Shown here: positions 11,801 to 24,758 of the stretch, piece after piece | Position numbering within the stretch: the stretch's first letter is position 1 | Layout: every line of letters starts with the position of its first letter | Assembly: GCA_001179505.1 (NCBI GenBank) | Contig: CDMY01000310.1 | Span: 62,001 to 126,000, forward strand | Length of the DNA: 64,000 nt | Reading direction: 5' to 3' | DNA from: Vitrella brassicaformis CCMP3155 | Lineage: Eukaryota; Protista; Chromerida | The notes under the pieces: generated by a model | The model's database searches: none | What the model saw: the letters and a program-made list of their open reading frames with translations, nothing else | Told to the model about the DNA's origin: nothing | Program-made: the position numbers and the translations under genes

Positions 11801-14625
11801 TTCAGGGGACAAGGGGAGAGGGAGAGGGAGAGGTTGGGGCTGAGGTTGGGGCTGTGGCTGTGGCTGGGGGGGCAGGGCGGGGAGACATGACGGACACCCA
11901 GCCATTGGGGTCAGACACACCTACACACAGGAGGGAGCCACAGAACGTCATGGGACAGACAATGTCGGCTCGGTCTCTCTCTCTCTCTCTCTTTCACTTA
12001 CTTTATGTTGGTAGAGTTCTTCGCTCGCCGCACACGTGACGGCAGCATGAGGGGACTTGGCCTTCAGTAGTGGCTGCAGTGCCGTGCACAGCGACACCAG
12101 CCCCTCGCTAAAGAGGCTCTCCCGCAACAGGACAGCGTCGAACTGTCCCCTGCCTTTCGGGTGCAGCTGGCACTTCTGCGCCTGGTGGATGGCGTTGCCC
12201 ACCGTCACCACCACACGCACCCTGAACCACTGGCCCTCCTGCGTCATCTCGTCGAGCCAAGCGTCACCACCTCCACCTCCCCCTCCCTCTCCCTCCCTCC
12301 CACGATCTGGCAGCCACCATCTCTTCTTGAGGGCCGATGTGTCCGGGAGGAGTGCATTTGGGATGTCCCCCTTCGCCCACAGGATGAACTTGTGCAAGCT
12401 GTGGTCGAGCTTTTGATGCGCCAGCCGGTGGTGAAGCCGGAAAAGCTCGCGGGATATCCACTCGGCGGTGTCCTCGAAGTCGTCTTCATGTTGCTGCTCG
12501 ATGTCTCTCTCGTCGACGTGGTCGATGTCGTGGTGGTCATTCTCTCCCTCCTGCTGCTGCTGCTGCTGCTGCTGCTGTGCAGTGTCGCCCTGTCTCTTGA
12601 GTGTGGGAAAGAACCCCACCAGCACGCCCATCGCCCGGAGCCACGCCTCCATCCTCTCGCTCGCCACACCCAACACGTTCAGCCTTCCCTCGGCAACACG
12701 CCCCTCCTCACCCTCGTTGCTGGCATGGCAGCAGTGAGCGTCCACCGGGCCGCACGGCAGCCATGAGACCATGCGTGGCGAGACGGACTTGAACCCCTCC
12801 CTCTGTTTGAGCAAATGCCGTAGGGACGAGTGGTGCGACGATGGGATGATCGGGGGTGGGGGGGATGACGACGTTTGGGGGTTGTGTGTGTGCAGCGTGG
12901 CTGCGCGTCGGTAGAGAGTCGGTGCGAAGGTTGCGAAGAGGTCGATGGGGACTGAGGGGTTGAATGTGTGTGAGAAGGGCCGCAGGAAGAGTGGATTAGC
13001 TGAGGGGGGGTTGGGGGGGTTGGGGGCTCTCGATCGGTTGTCACCATTGTCAGAGGCGGCGAAGAGACTAAACCAAAAGAGAAACAAGGAGACACAGAAA
13101 GGGGCGATGAGTGAGTGACTTCGCTTGCAAGAGGACACCCTGACCTTCTCAGCTGCCTGAAGGCCTCACGGAAGATCCGCAAACCAAAAGACGACACAAA
13201 CGAAGAAGACCTCTTCCCGTCCCCACAACCGTCGCCCTCCTCACCACCATCCACCGGTGGCGGCTCATTACGATTCCGCTTCCTTGCGCCCGCATCGCGG
13301 CCCCCCTCCCTCGATCTCTCCAGCACACGGACCGTGCTCATCCTGGGGGGCGCCAGCGCACCCAGCAATCCCCACAGCTGACGCTGAGACAAGTCACGGA
13401 CAGCCTTGTCTGCGTCTCCTCCGTTGCCATTCCCTCTTTCTTCCATTAGGTAAGACTGGAGCACGGGGCAGGGTGCCCTCAGCAGCCACGCGTCCAGCAG
13501 GGCATTGGTCTCTTCCCCCAGCATATGTCGCCTGAACCTCTCGAGCACACTCTCGTGCACCTCTGCCGCCTTCTTTCGGTGCTCCCCTGCGCCTCCACCA
13601 GTTTCCACAGTCATTGTGGTCTCCAAGCTCCTTCTCGCGTCGTGCACATCAGCGGTTTTCAGCCGGCGGATGAAGGCGACGATCCTTGTGGGCAGCTGGT
13701 GGGCCGTGGCGGGCTGTAGAGGGCTCTTGAAGAGCCGCTCCTTGGTCTCTTCCAGGAGCTTCACTCTGAAGTCCGCCAGCTCTGCCACCACACGTGGGGA
13801 TCGCCAGCCGAGCCAGATGTGCTTGAGGCGGGTGAGGAGGGTGGGTGTGGAAGAGACACTGGCACTGGCACCGTCTGTACTGTCTGCTAAGTGTTGGTCA
13901 TCGGTGTTGTCAAGGTCTAAGGCGCTCGCGAGGTTGCGCTGCTGCATAAGGGGGTCCTGGTACGCCGCCTGCACGGTTGTCACTCGTGTGCTTTCGTGGT
14001 TGTTGGTCTCATTGGCTTGCTTTGGGAGGGAGGAGGGCGTGTCGGGCGAAGGGGTGGACGGCAGCAAGTCCAGCCACGGAAACAGCACACAGAAGCTGGG
14101 AGGGTGGTCGGCAGCCGCAATCAGGTTGGTGAGAAGGTAGTCGACAGCTTGCTGCTGCTCATCGCTGAGCGTGCAGTGGCCGAGAAGGCTCACACCCAGA
14201 TGAGTCCAGAATGCACCCAAATCCCGAGAGGCACCCTCTCGTAATACCTCAGCCACGGCGCGTTCTCGCGCGACCGCCCAGTAGACCATCATGCGCGCCA
14301 GTGAAGGCACGTCTGGCGCCTGGATGAAAAGGTTGAGGGGCCTGAGCTGGGACGAGAGGAACTGGAAGGGGTGGAGGCGGCGGTACACCTCGCCCCGGCG
14401 GCGGACGTTGTCCAGCTGCGAGTAGTGAGTAGGGTTGATGAGAGACAAGACATGCATCCAACAACATCATCATTGGGTTTTAGGTTTTCCCTCAAGTTAC
14501 CGTGGCAAAGAAGTCTATCGGGTTTGTGGTGTCGAGAAAGAGCAGCGACAAGCCGGGGTCCTCCTCACCCAACACACTCTTGGGACCCCTCTCACGCTCA
14601 AACAATATGCTGTCTTGCAACCCTG

Positions 14626-14658
<33 letters not shown>

Positions 14659-16306
14659 AAAGGAGACACCGTGCATTGCTGTGCTGTGTGTGTGGCAGAC
14701 CATCCCCCCCATACCAGCAGTGAGGTCCATAGGCCAGGGCACATTCACCGTCTCCGCCAGCCGACGCGCGTCGCATACACACCCACACTCGCCATCGTCC
14801 TCCTGCCCATGCCATACAATGCACCAAAGAGAGGGACACAGAGAGACAGACAGGAGAGGAAAAGATTGCTTTGGTGTGTTTGTGGGGGGGTCGGTGCATA
14901 GCATGCGCACCATGGGCACTGTAATGTGGCAGCAGTTGGACGGCGTCAGCCGGGTGGCGCGGAGCTCCTCTATCCGCCGCAGCCCCTCGCGAATCAGTGC
15001 GTGCTGGCCCCTCAGCCACACTTCGCCCCCCCTCTCGTCGGGTGCCTTCATGCAGTGCAAGGCCGCTCTGATGCCATGGAAGCAAGCGATGGAAGGACAG
15101 TGGCTTGTGGGTGGGTGCTGGATGTCTCACCTGAAGGCCGTCTCCGCCCTGTCGACCTGGTCGAGGAACACACTCGACGACTTGACCATCCCCCTCCCGC
15201 CGCTCCTTCCCCCGCCCAGCCCACCCGCCGCACCACTGGTGGTCGGCGTGGCCCGTCCTGACCGATTCGCCTCACCACCTGGTGTGGCTGTGCCCTGCCC
15301 CAGCAGATGGGTGGAGGCCTTGACGAGCCGGCGCACAATAATGTTGCCCATCAGGGTATAGGCGTACACCGTTGCTTTGCGGCCGCTCAGCCATGACGAC
15401 TGATGAGAGGGAGAGGTGGGGGTGTGGTGACGCGAGCGGTTGGAGAAGAGGAAGAAGGTCTCCAGGCCTCGCAACGCCGCTTCATCCTGGTGGATGGCCT
15501 GCAGTGCGGACGCCCGGAGAAGGTGCATGGCGGGGTCGGTCCACCGCAGCGATGTCCGCTCGAACAGCCGGTCGATCTCCAGGATGACCTTCCTGTGCTC
15601 CCCTGCCCCGAGCCACCCCTCCAGCTCCTGAGTTGTCAGGTCGTTGCTGGCCTTTAGGAAGGACAGGAAGCGGCTGAGGGCCTCCCTCTCCTCCCAAGGT
15701 GCACACGCGCCATTAGCATCTCCTGTGAAGGCACCCTGCCTGGCCACATCTCTGCAGGACCGATTGAAGCTCGTCAGCACCCTGGCGCAGAAGGACGAGT
15801 GCGCCACGCAGAAGTGCACCATCGGGGGGGTGATGACGCTCTCGCCCGCCATCGAAAACGCCTTTGTCCATTCCACCACGTTCTCGGCTGACATGGCGAC
15901 ACTCGAGCTGACTGCATGACATGGAGGGCAAACAAGATGTATGTATCGGCCGTCCATAGTGCTTACTCTTTTTCAATGCAGCGAGGTGCGCCTCCCTCTC
16001 CGTGTGGTGGATGCACACCCGGTACATGATGTGCTTCCACTGCACAGTCAAAGAAACCTGCCGAGCGTCGAGGCCTCTCGCCAGCTGCCCCAGGGGTGTG
16101 TCCTCCCTCTCCATCTGCAGGAGGGCAGCCGCGGGAGCGTTCTCGATGAAGGTGGCCATTTGGCAGGGATGGATGCTGGACCAGGGGAAGGGGCGCATGG
16201 TTGCCGTGGCTTCTGCTGCTGTTGTCGGTGACGGGGAACTCTGGGGAAGGTCATTGGAGAATCTCCGCGTTGTTGCAGTGCCGCCGAGTTGGTCCGACAG
16301 GTGCAT
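8422..16306 (-). CDS. Very large multi-exon protein with a MYND zinc finger near the C-terminus (may be more than one gene)
   Basis: MYND motif CANVPYC...CGRCGQVSYCSIDCREAHRLQ|HDMFEC at about 9560-9785. A chain of long minus-strand exons with GT-AG boundaries runs from ATG 16306 (ORFs 15713-16339, 15127-15957, 12679-14457, 11948-13138, 10433-11920, 9633-10421, 9089-9652, 8542-9060) to stop 8422-8424. Confidence 0.6.
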
Positions 16307-16639
16307 GTTGTTTGTTGAAGATCGTGTGTCAGCTGCCACAGTCAGTGCGCTCGAATGAGGCCAGACCCTCAGCTTTAGGTGATCATGATGGCTTATAGCT
16401 GCACGATGTTCAAACTTGTCGCTCGGTGCTCGTGCAGTGCATTGGCAGTGCGGGACCCCCAGGAGCCCCCATGTGACGCAAGCTCGAAATCGGCTGGATC
16501 TTCAGAGCTGCTTGTAGCACTGCACGACCTGGTGTGAACACACAAGCTGCCTTGCAGTGATGAATAGAGTGGAAACACTCAAACGATCCCTGCCTCGAGT
16601 GCGAGCTTGGACACTTCACCACGAGGTATCCCCTTAGTG

Positions 16640-18413
16640 ATGCATTCCCACCATTCTGGCCATAGTTATCGTGGCGGTCGTTACTTCGACGAGCGTGAGA
16701 GGCGTGAGAGGCACCGCGACGCCGACAAAGACCTGCAGCGCGGCAGTTGGCGGCACAGCAGGCGTGACGGCGACTACCAGGAGGGGCCGCAGAGGATACA
16801 CAACCCCTCACAGAGAGGTCAGGTGCCTGCCAACACAACACAAGGGAGGGTGCTGTGCCAGAGCAGACCCTGTGTGGATTGGATGTGTGTGTTGCCGTGA
16901 CGTCCGTGTCTGTCATCAGTTGAGACAGATCCCGCCCGTCTGAAGGCGCGGCGGCGGCAGATAGAGATCGGCAAGAACACCAATGGGTACGAGAGGTACC
17001 GTGCGGCGGTGCCCAAGGACAAGAGGGACCCCACCAAGTCCTTCTCCGTACACCCCGTCACACCATCCATCCACGAGGTGAGCTGGGCAGGGCAGTGTGT
17101 GACTGACACGCAGACAGGAAGGGCCTCGTTTCCACAGACACCACGGCTACTCTCTGTGTGTGTGTGTGTATGTGTGTGGAGGAGGCGAGCAAGCGTGGGT
17201 TTGATGGCCGCATTCGCGCTTGGAGGCGGCTGCTGCACCAGTGGGATGACGTAAGCAAGCAATCATGACCAACCAAGCAACCACACACACACAATGAGAC
17301 CTTGGCCATCCGCCTCTCTGTCTAACTGTCTGTGTGTGCGTCAGGACGCCAAGCCTTTCCCCAGTGGGTCGCCCAAGGACTCCAACCGCCCCTCTCCCGC
17401 ACCCTCCCCCTCCCCACCCCCCACACCCACACCACCAGAAGCCCACCAGCAGCAGCAGCCAGCGATGGACGACCAGCGGTCTCGGCCCGCTGCTGCAGAC
17501 AGGGGCGGCAAGGCTGGTGTGGATAGCTTCGACTTTGAGAGGGGGTGCCGATCGCTGAGGGAGGCCATTGGGGAGGCCTGGAAGAGTCGGAACTCGTTGA
17601 CAGAGGTCGACTACCCGCTGCCAATGATAACGGTAACAGCTAAACCAGACGGACAGACACTCACGCAGCCACTATCTCTCTCTCTCTCTCTCAGCAAGTG
17701 GAGGGCTCGCCGTCTACCAGTGAGATGCTGGTGCTGCCGCCCCCCGCGTGTGAGTCGTCTGTGCCCATCCGGTGGGTGGCTGACATCCCGGTGCAGCCTG
17801 TTGTGTTCATCCCGGTGGAGTATCGAGACTCGAGCGGCAAATCATTCCTCACCACGTACGTATGTGCGTATGTTCCTCTGAACCACACACACACACACAC
17901 ACACAGTGTTTTGCTTTGCTCCATTGATGTCTGTGGGTGTGTGGGGTGTGTGTTCAGTAAGCGTCACGTGAAGGTGACGGACTTCCAGAAAGCTCTGCAG
18001 GACCACAAGCAGACCATAGGTGCCCTGCACGCCCACCACTCAACACACACACGTGTGTATCTTCCCTCCCTCTCTCTCTCCCTCGCCATGCTATGCCATT
18101 CCATGCAGATCGCTTCCACGATCTGATGGAAGGCCCCTCCCTCCTCAACGGCTACAAACGACTATCACAGCACACCCCCACCCCTGACGACCGCTTCACG
18201 GCCAGCAAGCGGCGCAAGCTGGAGAGTGACGAGAAGCAGCGGCTCAAGGAGGAGCAGGAGGCAGCCGCACTGCCCACCACTCTGACAGTGTATGTGAGCG
18301 ATGGGCTTGGGGGTGGTGGTGGTGGTGGTGGGCGTGACGGAGGGGGGCTGACGCTCGTCAGTGCGACGAGGGGGAAGGAGGGGAAGAAACAGCTGAGGCG
18401 GAAGCGCTTCTGA
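16640..18413 (+). CDS. SLBP: Histone RNA stem-loop binding protein (SLBP)-domain protein
   Basis: Exons at about 16920-17077 and 17180-17250 encode ETDPARLKARRRQIEIGKNTNGYERYRAAVPKDKR...HPVTP and SKRGFDGRIRAWRRLLHQWD. These match the SLBP RNA-binding domain pattern (L.RRQKQI.YGKNT..Y..Y...VP....R...HP.TP...S.R.WD..I..W...LH.WD). The C-terminal extent is less certain. Confidence 0.85.
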
Positions 18414-18429
18414 GAGTTTGTCTGGTCTT

Positions 18430-19370
18430 CCTGTCTGGAAGAGTCTGACGTTGATGTGGTGTGTTCTCTTTCGTCTTGCCACCCATCTGCATCTGCTCCA
18501 GTCAACGTGTACACACCGCACGTTGGCTGGCCCTGGTGGAGATGGCGAGCAAGACGGGAGAGAACACACCAACGGTCCGTCCGTGGCACGCATTCATGAT
18601 GGATGGAACAAACAAACAAATGCTGTCCGAACCAAACACTGTCTGGGAGGGTGGGGGTGGGGGGATGGAAAGTGCTGTGTATGTGAGTGAGTGTCTTTGT
18701 CTGATGTGGTGTGTTCTCTTTCGTCTTCGGTCCGTCCTCGCTCAGCTCCAGGCAACACGCGTACACTGCATGTTGGCTGGCACTGATGGGGGAGGGACTA
18801 AGGACGAGAGAGGGCGCACCAAAGGGTGGCACCTGCTNNNNNNNNNNNNNNNNNNNNNNNNNNNNNNNNNNNNNNNNNNNNNNNNNNNNNNNNNNNNNNN
18901 NNNNNNNNNNNNNNNNNNNNNNNNNNNNNNNNNNNNNNNNNNNNNNNNNNNNNNNNNNNNNNNNNNNNNNNNNNNNNNNNNNNNNNNNNNNNNNNNNNNN
19001 NNNNNNNNNNNNNNNNNNNNNNNNNNNNNNNNNNNNNNNNNNNNNNNNNNNNNNNNNNNNNNNNNNNNNNNNNNNNNNNNNNNNNNNNNNNNNNNNNNNN
19101 NNNNNNNNNNNNNNNNNNNNNNNNNNNNNNNNNNNNNTGGGAGGGTGTGTGTGGAGGAAGTGTGTATAGTCGAATGAGTTGTCTGGAAGAGCGTACAACG
19201 TGTTTCTGTGTTCATGAGCGCCTTCGTCTGATGCGCGACGCTGCACATGGACAGTTCATCATGGTGTGTCTTCTCCCGTATTGTTGAGCAGTTCGAACAG
19301 GCCCAGGCAACATGCAGTGGTCGCACGTTGCCTGGATCTGATCGAGCTGGCCTATGATACGGGAGAAGAC
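18430..19370. repeat. Degenerate tandem repeat (3 visible copies of a ~150-270 bp unit) interrupted by an assembly gap
   Basis: Related segments at about 18430-18570, 18700-18830 and 19240-19370 share atg(t)ggtgtg(t)tct(c)tt...cgt and cacgttg/catgttggctgg. Confidence 0.55.
18838..19137. other. Assembly gap (300 N)
   Basis: Run of N. Confidence 1.
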
Positions 19371-19552
19371 ACACATAGCAACCAACACACGGACCGATTA
19401 AATGAACACTCTCTCAAAAAAATCATTACCACAAACCAAAATACCAAAGGAGACCGTAGACGCAAAGCAGCCTGACCGGAAAGCCCGCGACCGACCATCC
19501 TACGCGATGTGATGCGATCCATTGCTACGCCCCCTTGCCCTCCGCAATGGCA

Positions 19553-20535
19553 CTATTTATTGTGACTCTCTATCCACTCGACCGCTTTGGCGAAGTTGTC
19601 CACCACAGCTGTCGGCTGGGGATCGAGCTTCGCCTCATCTCCGGCACGATACTTGCCAGTCTGCACACAGACAGGACAGCTCACTCAGGCAGAATGATGC
19701 AACCAACATATGCGCTCAACAAGACAGACGCCCACCTTGACGAGAATGCCTCGAAGCCCGCATGCAACCGCCCCCTGCACGTCGTCCGTCGCATCTGATG
19801 GATGGATATGACACAACCAACACAACGAGCGCCCGCATCCATGCGTGTGTGAATCTTTCCTCCGTCCTTCCGTCCCGCACTCACTGACTCACCATCTCCG
19901 ATCATGACGACGCTCTCCTCCCCAATGCCATCGCCCAGCGTCCGCATGGCCCCCCGAAAAAACCCCGCACTCGGCTTCCCCACCACCTCGGCCGTCAGCC
20001 CAGTGGCATACTCCAACGCACACGCAAACGGGCCCACACTCATGGCCAGGCCGTCGGATCTCATGAAGTAACGGCTCTTGTGGATCGCCACCAGGGTGGG
20101 GGGGATGCCCGGGGAGGGGGTCAGGAGGAGCCGCATCGCCTTGGTCATGGTGTCGTAGTTGAAAGAGTCTGGTGCTAGGCCCACCACCACGCACGGATCA
20201 TGCTCCTCCTCCTCGCCACCTTGTCCATCGACCACACACGCCCCAGCCTCCCGGAAGTCCTCTTTGGCGCTCTCAGAGAGCATTAGGAAGGGCCGCTCCA
20301 CGCCCCTCTCCTTGATGAGCCGCACAGCAGCCGACAGCGACGAGAAGATCTCCGATGAGTCGATGTCGAAGCCGATCGCCTTGAGCCTTGCCATGAGCTG
20401 CCGCTGGCTCTCCTTGGTCGTGTTGGTCACGAACCGGACTCCCTTGACGAGCGAACGAAGCTTCGTCAGTGCTGCAATGGCGTCGGGCGTCGGCTCACTC
20501 TCAATGTGCAGCGTGCCGCTGAAAACGAAAAACAG

Positions 20536-20569
<34 letters not shown>

Positions 20570-20884
20570 GAGGCATCGCATATTGATGACTTTGTGAGCA
20601 CCAGGGCTGCCGCGTGTGCCCGTGCTCGCCCACCTGAGGTCGACCAATGCGTATTCGATGGGCTTTTCGCCCACTGCAGACGACGTCGACATGCTAGTGG
20701 TCTGGCCGGTCCCAGGCCGGTGTTGATGGTAGTGGCGGCGATAACGCAGAGATGCAGATCTTCGAGGCGCCTTCAGGCCACAGGAGCTGCAGAAAGCCGA
20801 CAGGGCCACTGTGGGTGAGGGACGGTGACCGCCGATGGAGCGTGCGAGGATGAATGCAGCTGCAAGCAGAGATCCTTGAAGCAT
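19553..20884 (-). CDS. HDHD2: HAD-IIA hydrolase, HDHD2/LHPP family
   Basis: YALVDL|SGTLHIE, FVTNTTKES, VVVGLAPDSFNY, IHKSRYFMRSDGL, EYATGLTAEVVGKPS, VMIGD|DATDDVQGA, GILVK|TGKYRAGDE. Introns are consistent with frame. Alternative ATG at 20692. Confidence 0.9.
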
Positions 20885-21217
20885 TGGCCGACCTGTGAAG
20901 CCTTGCCTTCTCAGTCAAACGCACGAAAACCAAGACTGCGCATATGTTCGCATAGCTCGCGGAGTGGGCTCGCGATCGGGAGGGAAGGGAGAGCATCTGC
21001 CGCATGTGAGAGCCTCCCTCGGTCAACAGCAGCGTCATCCGGCAGCGAGATCCGCTGATCATCTGGTCATCACGAGAAAAGCTGCAGAAGGCGGAGCCAC
21101 AATCGTTTGTGAGCCGCTCTCAGCAGACAGACAGCTGCATTGCATTCGATTCGTCCGTTCGTCATCCGGCAGACCTAAATAGGCAGACAGATCCGGCAGA
21201 GCGAGATCGGCGCATCG

Positions 21218-22635
21218 ATGCCGCTGTGGCTGCTATCGCTGATTCTGCTCATCGCGTTGGCCTTGTGGCTGCTGCCCGGCATCATCTTCGTCAGGCGTGA
21301 CCAATGGGCCATATGGCGTGTGCCGTGCAAGCGGCGGATGCAGACGGCCGCCGTGGCCACGCTGTATGGGTGTTTCGCGCTGCCGGTGCTGTTTATCGGC
21401 GTGGCGGCTCTGTATCGGGTCAACTGGTGGTGGATTGTGCCGTATGTGGTGTATCTGCTGAGCGATCGGAGGTCGACCTACGGCAACTGGCGGTCTCACT
21501 GGTTCAGATCTCTCTCCTGGTGGAAACACTGCCGAGTGAGCGTTGTGCATGCTTGAAGGCCTCCTGCAGGGAGGATCCGAGTCTCTCTCTCTCTCTCTCT
21601 AATGGGATCAGGATTATTGGCCGGTAGAGTTGAAGCGGCAGGATCCTTCTGTGCCTCTGAAGAAGGACCGGCCGTATCTGGTGGGTGTCCATCCGCACGG
21701 CCCTTTGCTGCCCATATCGATGGTCAACTTCTTCACCGAGGCCACACACATCACTGACGTCTTCCAGGGCACCCGCATCTCACCCACGACCCTCAACGCC
21801 ATCTTCATGCTCCCCGTCTTCAGAGAAATTGTCCTTCTCTGCGGCGCCGTAAGCGAGCCAAGCAATCGCGTGTGTCACACACACAGAGAGAGAATGAACC
21901 CTGCCCTCTCCTCTCTCTCTCTCTGTGTGTGTGTGTGTGGTTGGTTCTAGGTATCTGTGGCGCAGAAGTGCATCGAGTCTGTGTTGAGGAAAGGCGGCGG
22001 GCACGGTGTGTCTATCTATGTGGGCGGTGCGCGTGAGGCGAGTCAGACAAGCGACAGGTACACTGTGCTGGTGTACCGGCGGAAGGGCTTCTTTCGATTA
22101 GCGCTGCGATACGGCGTCTACCTCTTCCCGGCATTCACTTTCGGAGAAAACTATATCTACAGGTAGGGACTTGTCTGTCTCTGTGCCTGCCTTCCTGCCG
22201 ATGCCTGTGTGTGTGTGTGTGTGTGTGCAGGTATAGGACACCCAAGACCGGCACAATGTACTACCGAATCAATGGTCAGTCCCCCCAGTAGTCAGTCCCA
22301 CACCACAGACGTCATTCTTTGACCTCCTCCAAATGCCCGTGTGCATTGGATGGACTGTGTGGTACATAGAGCTGGCAATGAGGTGGGTGGGGTACGCGGT
22401 GCCCTTTCTGGTGGGCCGGGGGATCTTCCAAAAGTCCTTCGGCCTCCTGCCGCAGCGGCACCGACTGGTGACCATCATTGGCAACCCCATCGAGTGCCCG
22501 CAGACTGACAACCCCACTGAGGAGCAAATCAAGCACTACCAGGACCTCTATGTGGCGGGGCTCAAACAGGTCTTCGAGCAATTCAAAGACAGCTACGACC
22601 CGGAGGGCAAAGCCAAGGAGCTGGCAGTCGGATAG
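21218..22635 (+). CDS. DGAT2: Diacylglycerol/monoacylglycerol O-acyltransferase, DGAT2 family
   Basis: N-terminal hydrophobic helices; YLVGVHPHG motif; YVGGAREA; RKGFFRLALRYG...PAFTFGENYIY; LVTIIGNPI; YVAGLKQVFE. Confidence 0.92.
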
Positions 22636-23147
22636 CACCACCGTCGAGAGATCGAGAGAGCGCCTCCCTCAGACAGGGGTTTTGGTGGGTGGGGGGAGGG
22701 GGGGTGCGGTGGTTTTGACGGAGAGATTGATTGAGGGACTCAGTGAGCGCTTTATGGCGTGAGTCTTTTTGGTTTGTGAGCGGCTGGCTGCATTTGGTGT
22801 TGCCCTGTGTGTGTGGGGGAGGGGAGGGGAGGATCTGATGGGCAGACGACCATATCTATCTAAGCAGAAGGCGCCTCCTCATCTGTGTGAACAATGTTAG
22901 CGTGCATTGCAAGCACCCGGTCAGTCCACGCACATCATCACATGGTGGGTCTGACGACATCAGGCAGGCTATGGTACAATGGTGGATACACATCCCTTCC
23001 CACTCCTCTCCTGCGCCACCACATGCTAGCAAACCAAACTGACCTATCTTATCTGGCACACACAGCTGCGTCTGACTCGTCATGCACCATCCCATCCCTG
23101 CACGCAGCAACCCTTCAATCCATCCACAAATCTGTCTGCCCGCCCCC

Positions 23148-23573
23148 TCAAGCCACAAGTCGCTTCCTCAGCTGCTTCACTTCGGCATCGGCCCGTTCCA
23201 CTCTTGCCACCTTCTCCTTAACCGTCGTGCTGTTGTCGCTGAGAATCTCCTCCCTCATGTGATCCCAGGCGCCCTCGTCCAGCTCAGCTATCAGCCGCAC
23301 CACGCCCTTCAGTCGCTTCAGCTCGGCTTTGTCCGCCACATCATGGGTCTTGATGGTGTCGATCTCCTTCCCGAGCAAAAACGCTTCGCGTGAGGTTCCG
23401 ATGAAGCATCCAAACAGGATGGCCCACAAGAAGACCACGAGGCAGACGGCCCCACAAGCGCACGGCATGATGGCGTAATCAATCTCCGCTACCCTGGTCT
23501 TGAGAGTCTGCAGCTCCGCATGGGTGTCAGCCGGCGGGGCGGTCGGGGCCGAAAGCTCTTGGTACGCACCCAT
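23148..23573 (-). CDS. Small single-exon hypothetical membrane protein with coiled-coil C-terminus
   Basis: MGAYQELSAP...; hydrophobic stretch CACGAVCLVVFLWAILFGCFIG; heptad-like tail; microsatellite-free coding-like sequence. Confidence 0.5.
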   Translation of the reverse strand: MGAYQELSAPTAPPADTHAELQTLKTRVAEIDYAIMPCACGAVCLVVFLWAILFGCFIGTSREAFLLGKEIDTIKTHDVADKAELKRLKGVVRLIAELDEGAWDHMREEILSDNSTTVKEKVARVERADAEVKQLRKRLVA

Positions 23574-23830
23574 CGAACGATGATCTCTCTTGATCTCTCT
23601 CACTGGGGCACCTGCACCGCTGGGAACATGGCAATGATGAGAGATTTAGCGAGAGAGGTTTGAGGTTTGGCTGTCGCTGCAGCAATGCAGATCTCTCAGC
23701 GCTCGGCTCTCACCTTTCCTTCTCCTTTCCCCGATCCGCTTTTGCGAGCTTAAAGGTGCAGTATGATTGGGATCTGTCAATGAAGCTGGGCGTGATGGCA
23801 TCTGCTCTCTTCGGCTATCTTCCCTCAACG

Positions 23831-24727
23831 ATGACCTTCACCCTTGTTGCTGTGATCATCCTGCTGCTGCTGTCGGCAGCTGCAGCTGCTTTCGTTGCGT
23901 CAAGTCCATCAGCTGGCAATGGCATGCTCTTCGGCAGCAACGTGGGTGCGAACAGGAGGAGGGCATGTGATTCATCGCTGCTGCACCGGCTTCAATTGCG
24001 GGCTGCACAAGTGCGGGCGCATGCGAATGAGGGAGAAGAGCTGAGCGGCGCGCCTGGCCAGCCACCGTCAACTGTCATAGTGGGTGAGAAGATCAGCACA
24101 CCGAAACACAAACCGATGTATGTGTTTGCCTCTTTCTCTGTGTGTGGTTAGGTGGTGGTCCGGCGGGCTACGCGACGGCCATCATGCTTGCGAGGAGGGG
24201 GTGGGCCAACATCACGGTGCTCGAGAGGCGGCCCCCGCTCCCACCGCCCAACTCGGACAGCTGGGGCGACCCCGACCGGTCCTACAACATGGGCATCAAC
24301 GGCCGGGGGCAGCGGCTGCTCAAAGACATACAGTGCATCGACGTGAGTGAGCCCGCGAGCGAAATGCCCTGGGCACTCGCTCAGTATGTGTGTGTGTGTT
24401 GGGTGTGTGTGCACACAGCGGCTGTATCGGTACTCGGTGCCTGTGCGTGGTCGCTTCACCTGGTCGGAGGGCAACAAGACGGCGCTGAGGATATTCACCG
24501 ACCGGACGGCCACTTCGAGAATCATTCAGGTGCGGGTGGGTGTGGTTGTGGGTGTGAATGGGCACACGCGTGAGTGTGTGTGTGGTGTGTGGTGTGTGGT
24601 GTGTGGATGGGCAGAGGGACCGGTTGGCTTCGCTGCTCTATGAGGAGATCACCGACAAGTACCCACAGCAGATACAGTGAGTGAATGAGTGAGACCCACA
24701 CACACTGACCTGACAGACACACATGGA

Positions 24728-24758
<31 letters not shown>

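Noticed and set aside
18742-19374. Long ORFs spanning N-runs (also about 47870-48710 and 58720-59440)
   Set aside because: Artefacts of translating assembly gaps as X.
19553-20884. HAD phosphatase as part of a thiamine gene cluster with THI4 (TMP phosphatase)
   Set aside because: It is 13 kb away with unrelated genes between, and its motifs fit HDHD2/LHPP rather than TH2-type thiamine phosphatases.
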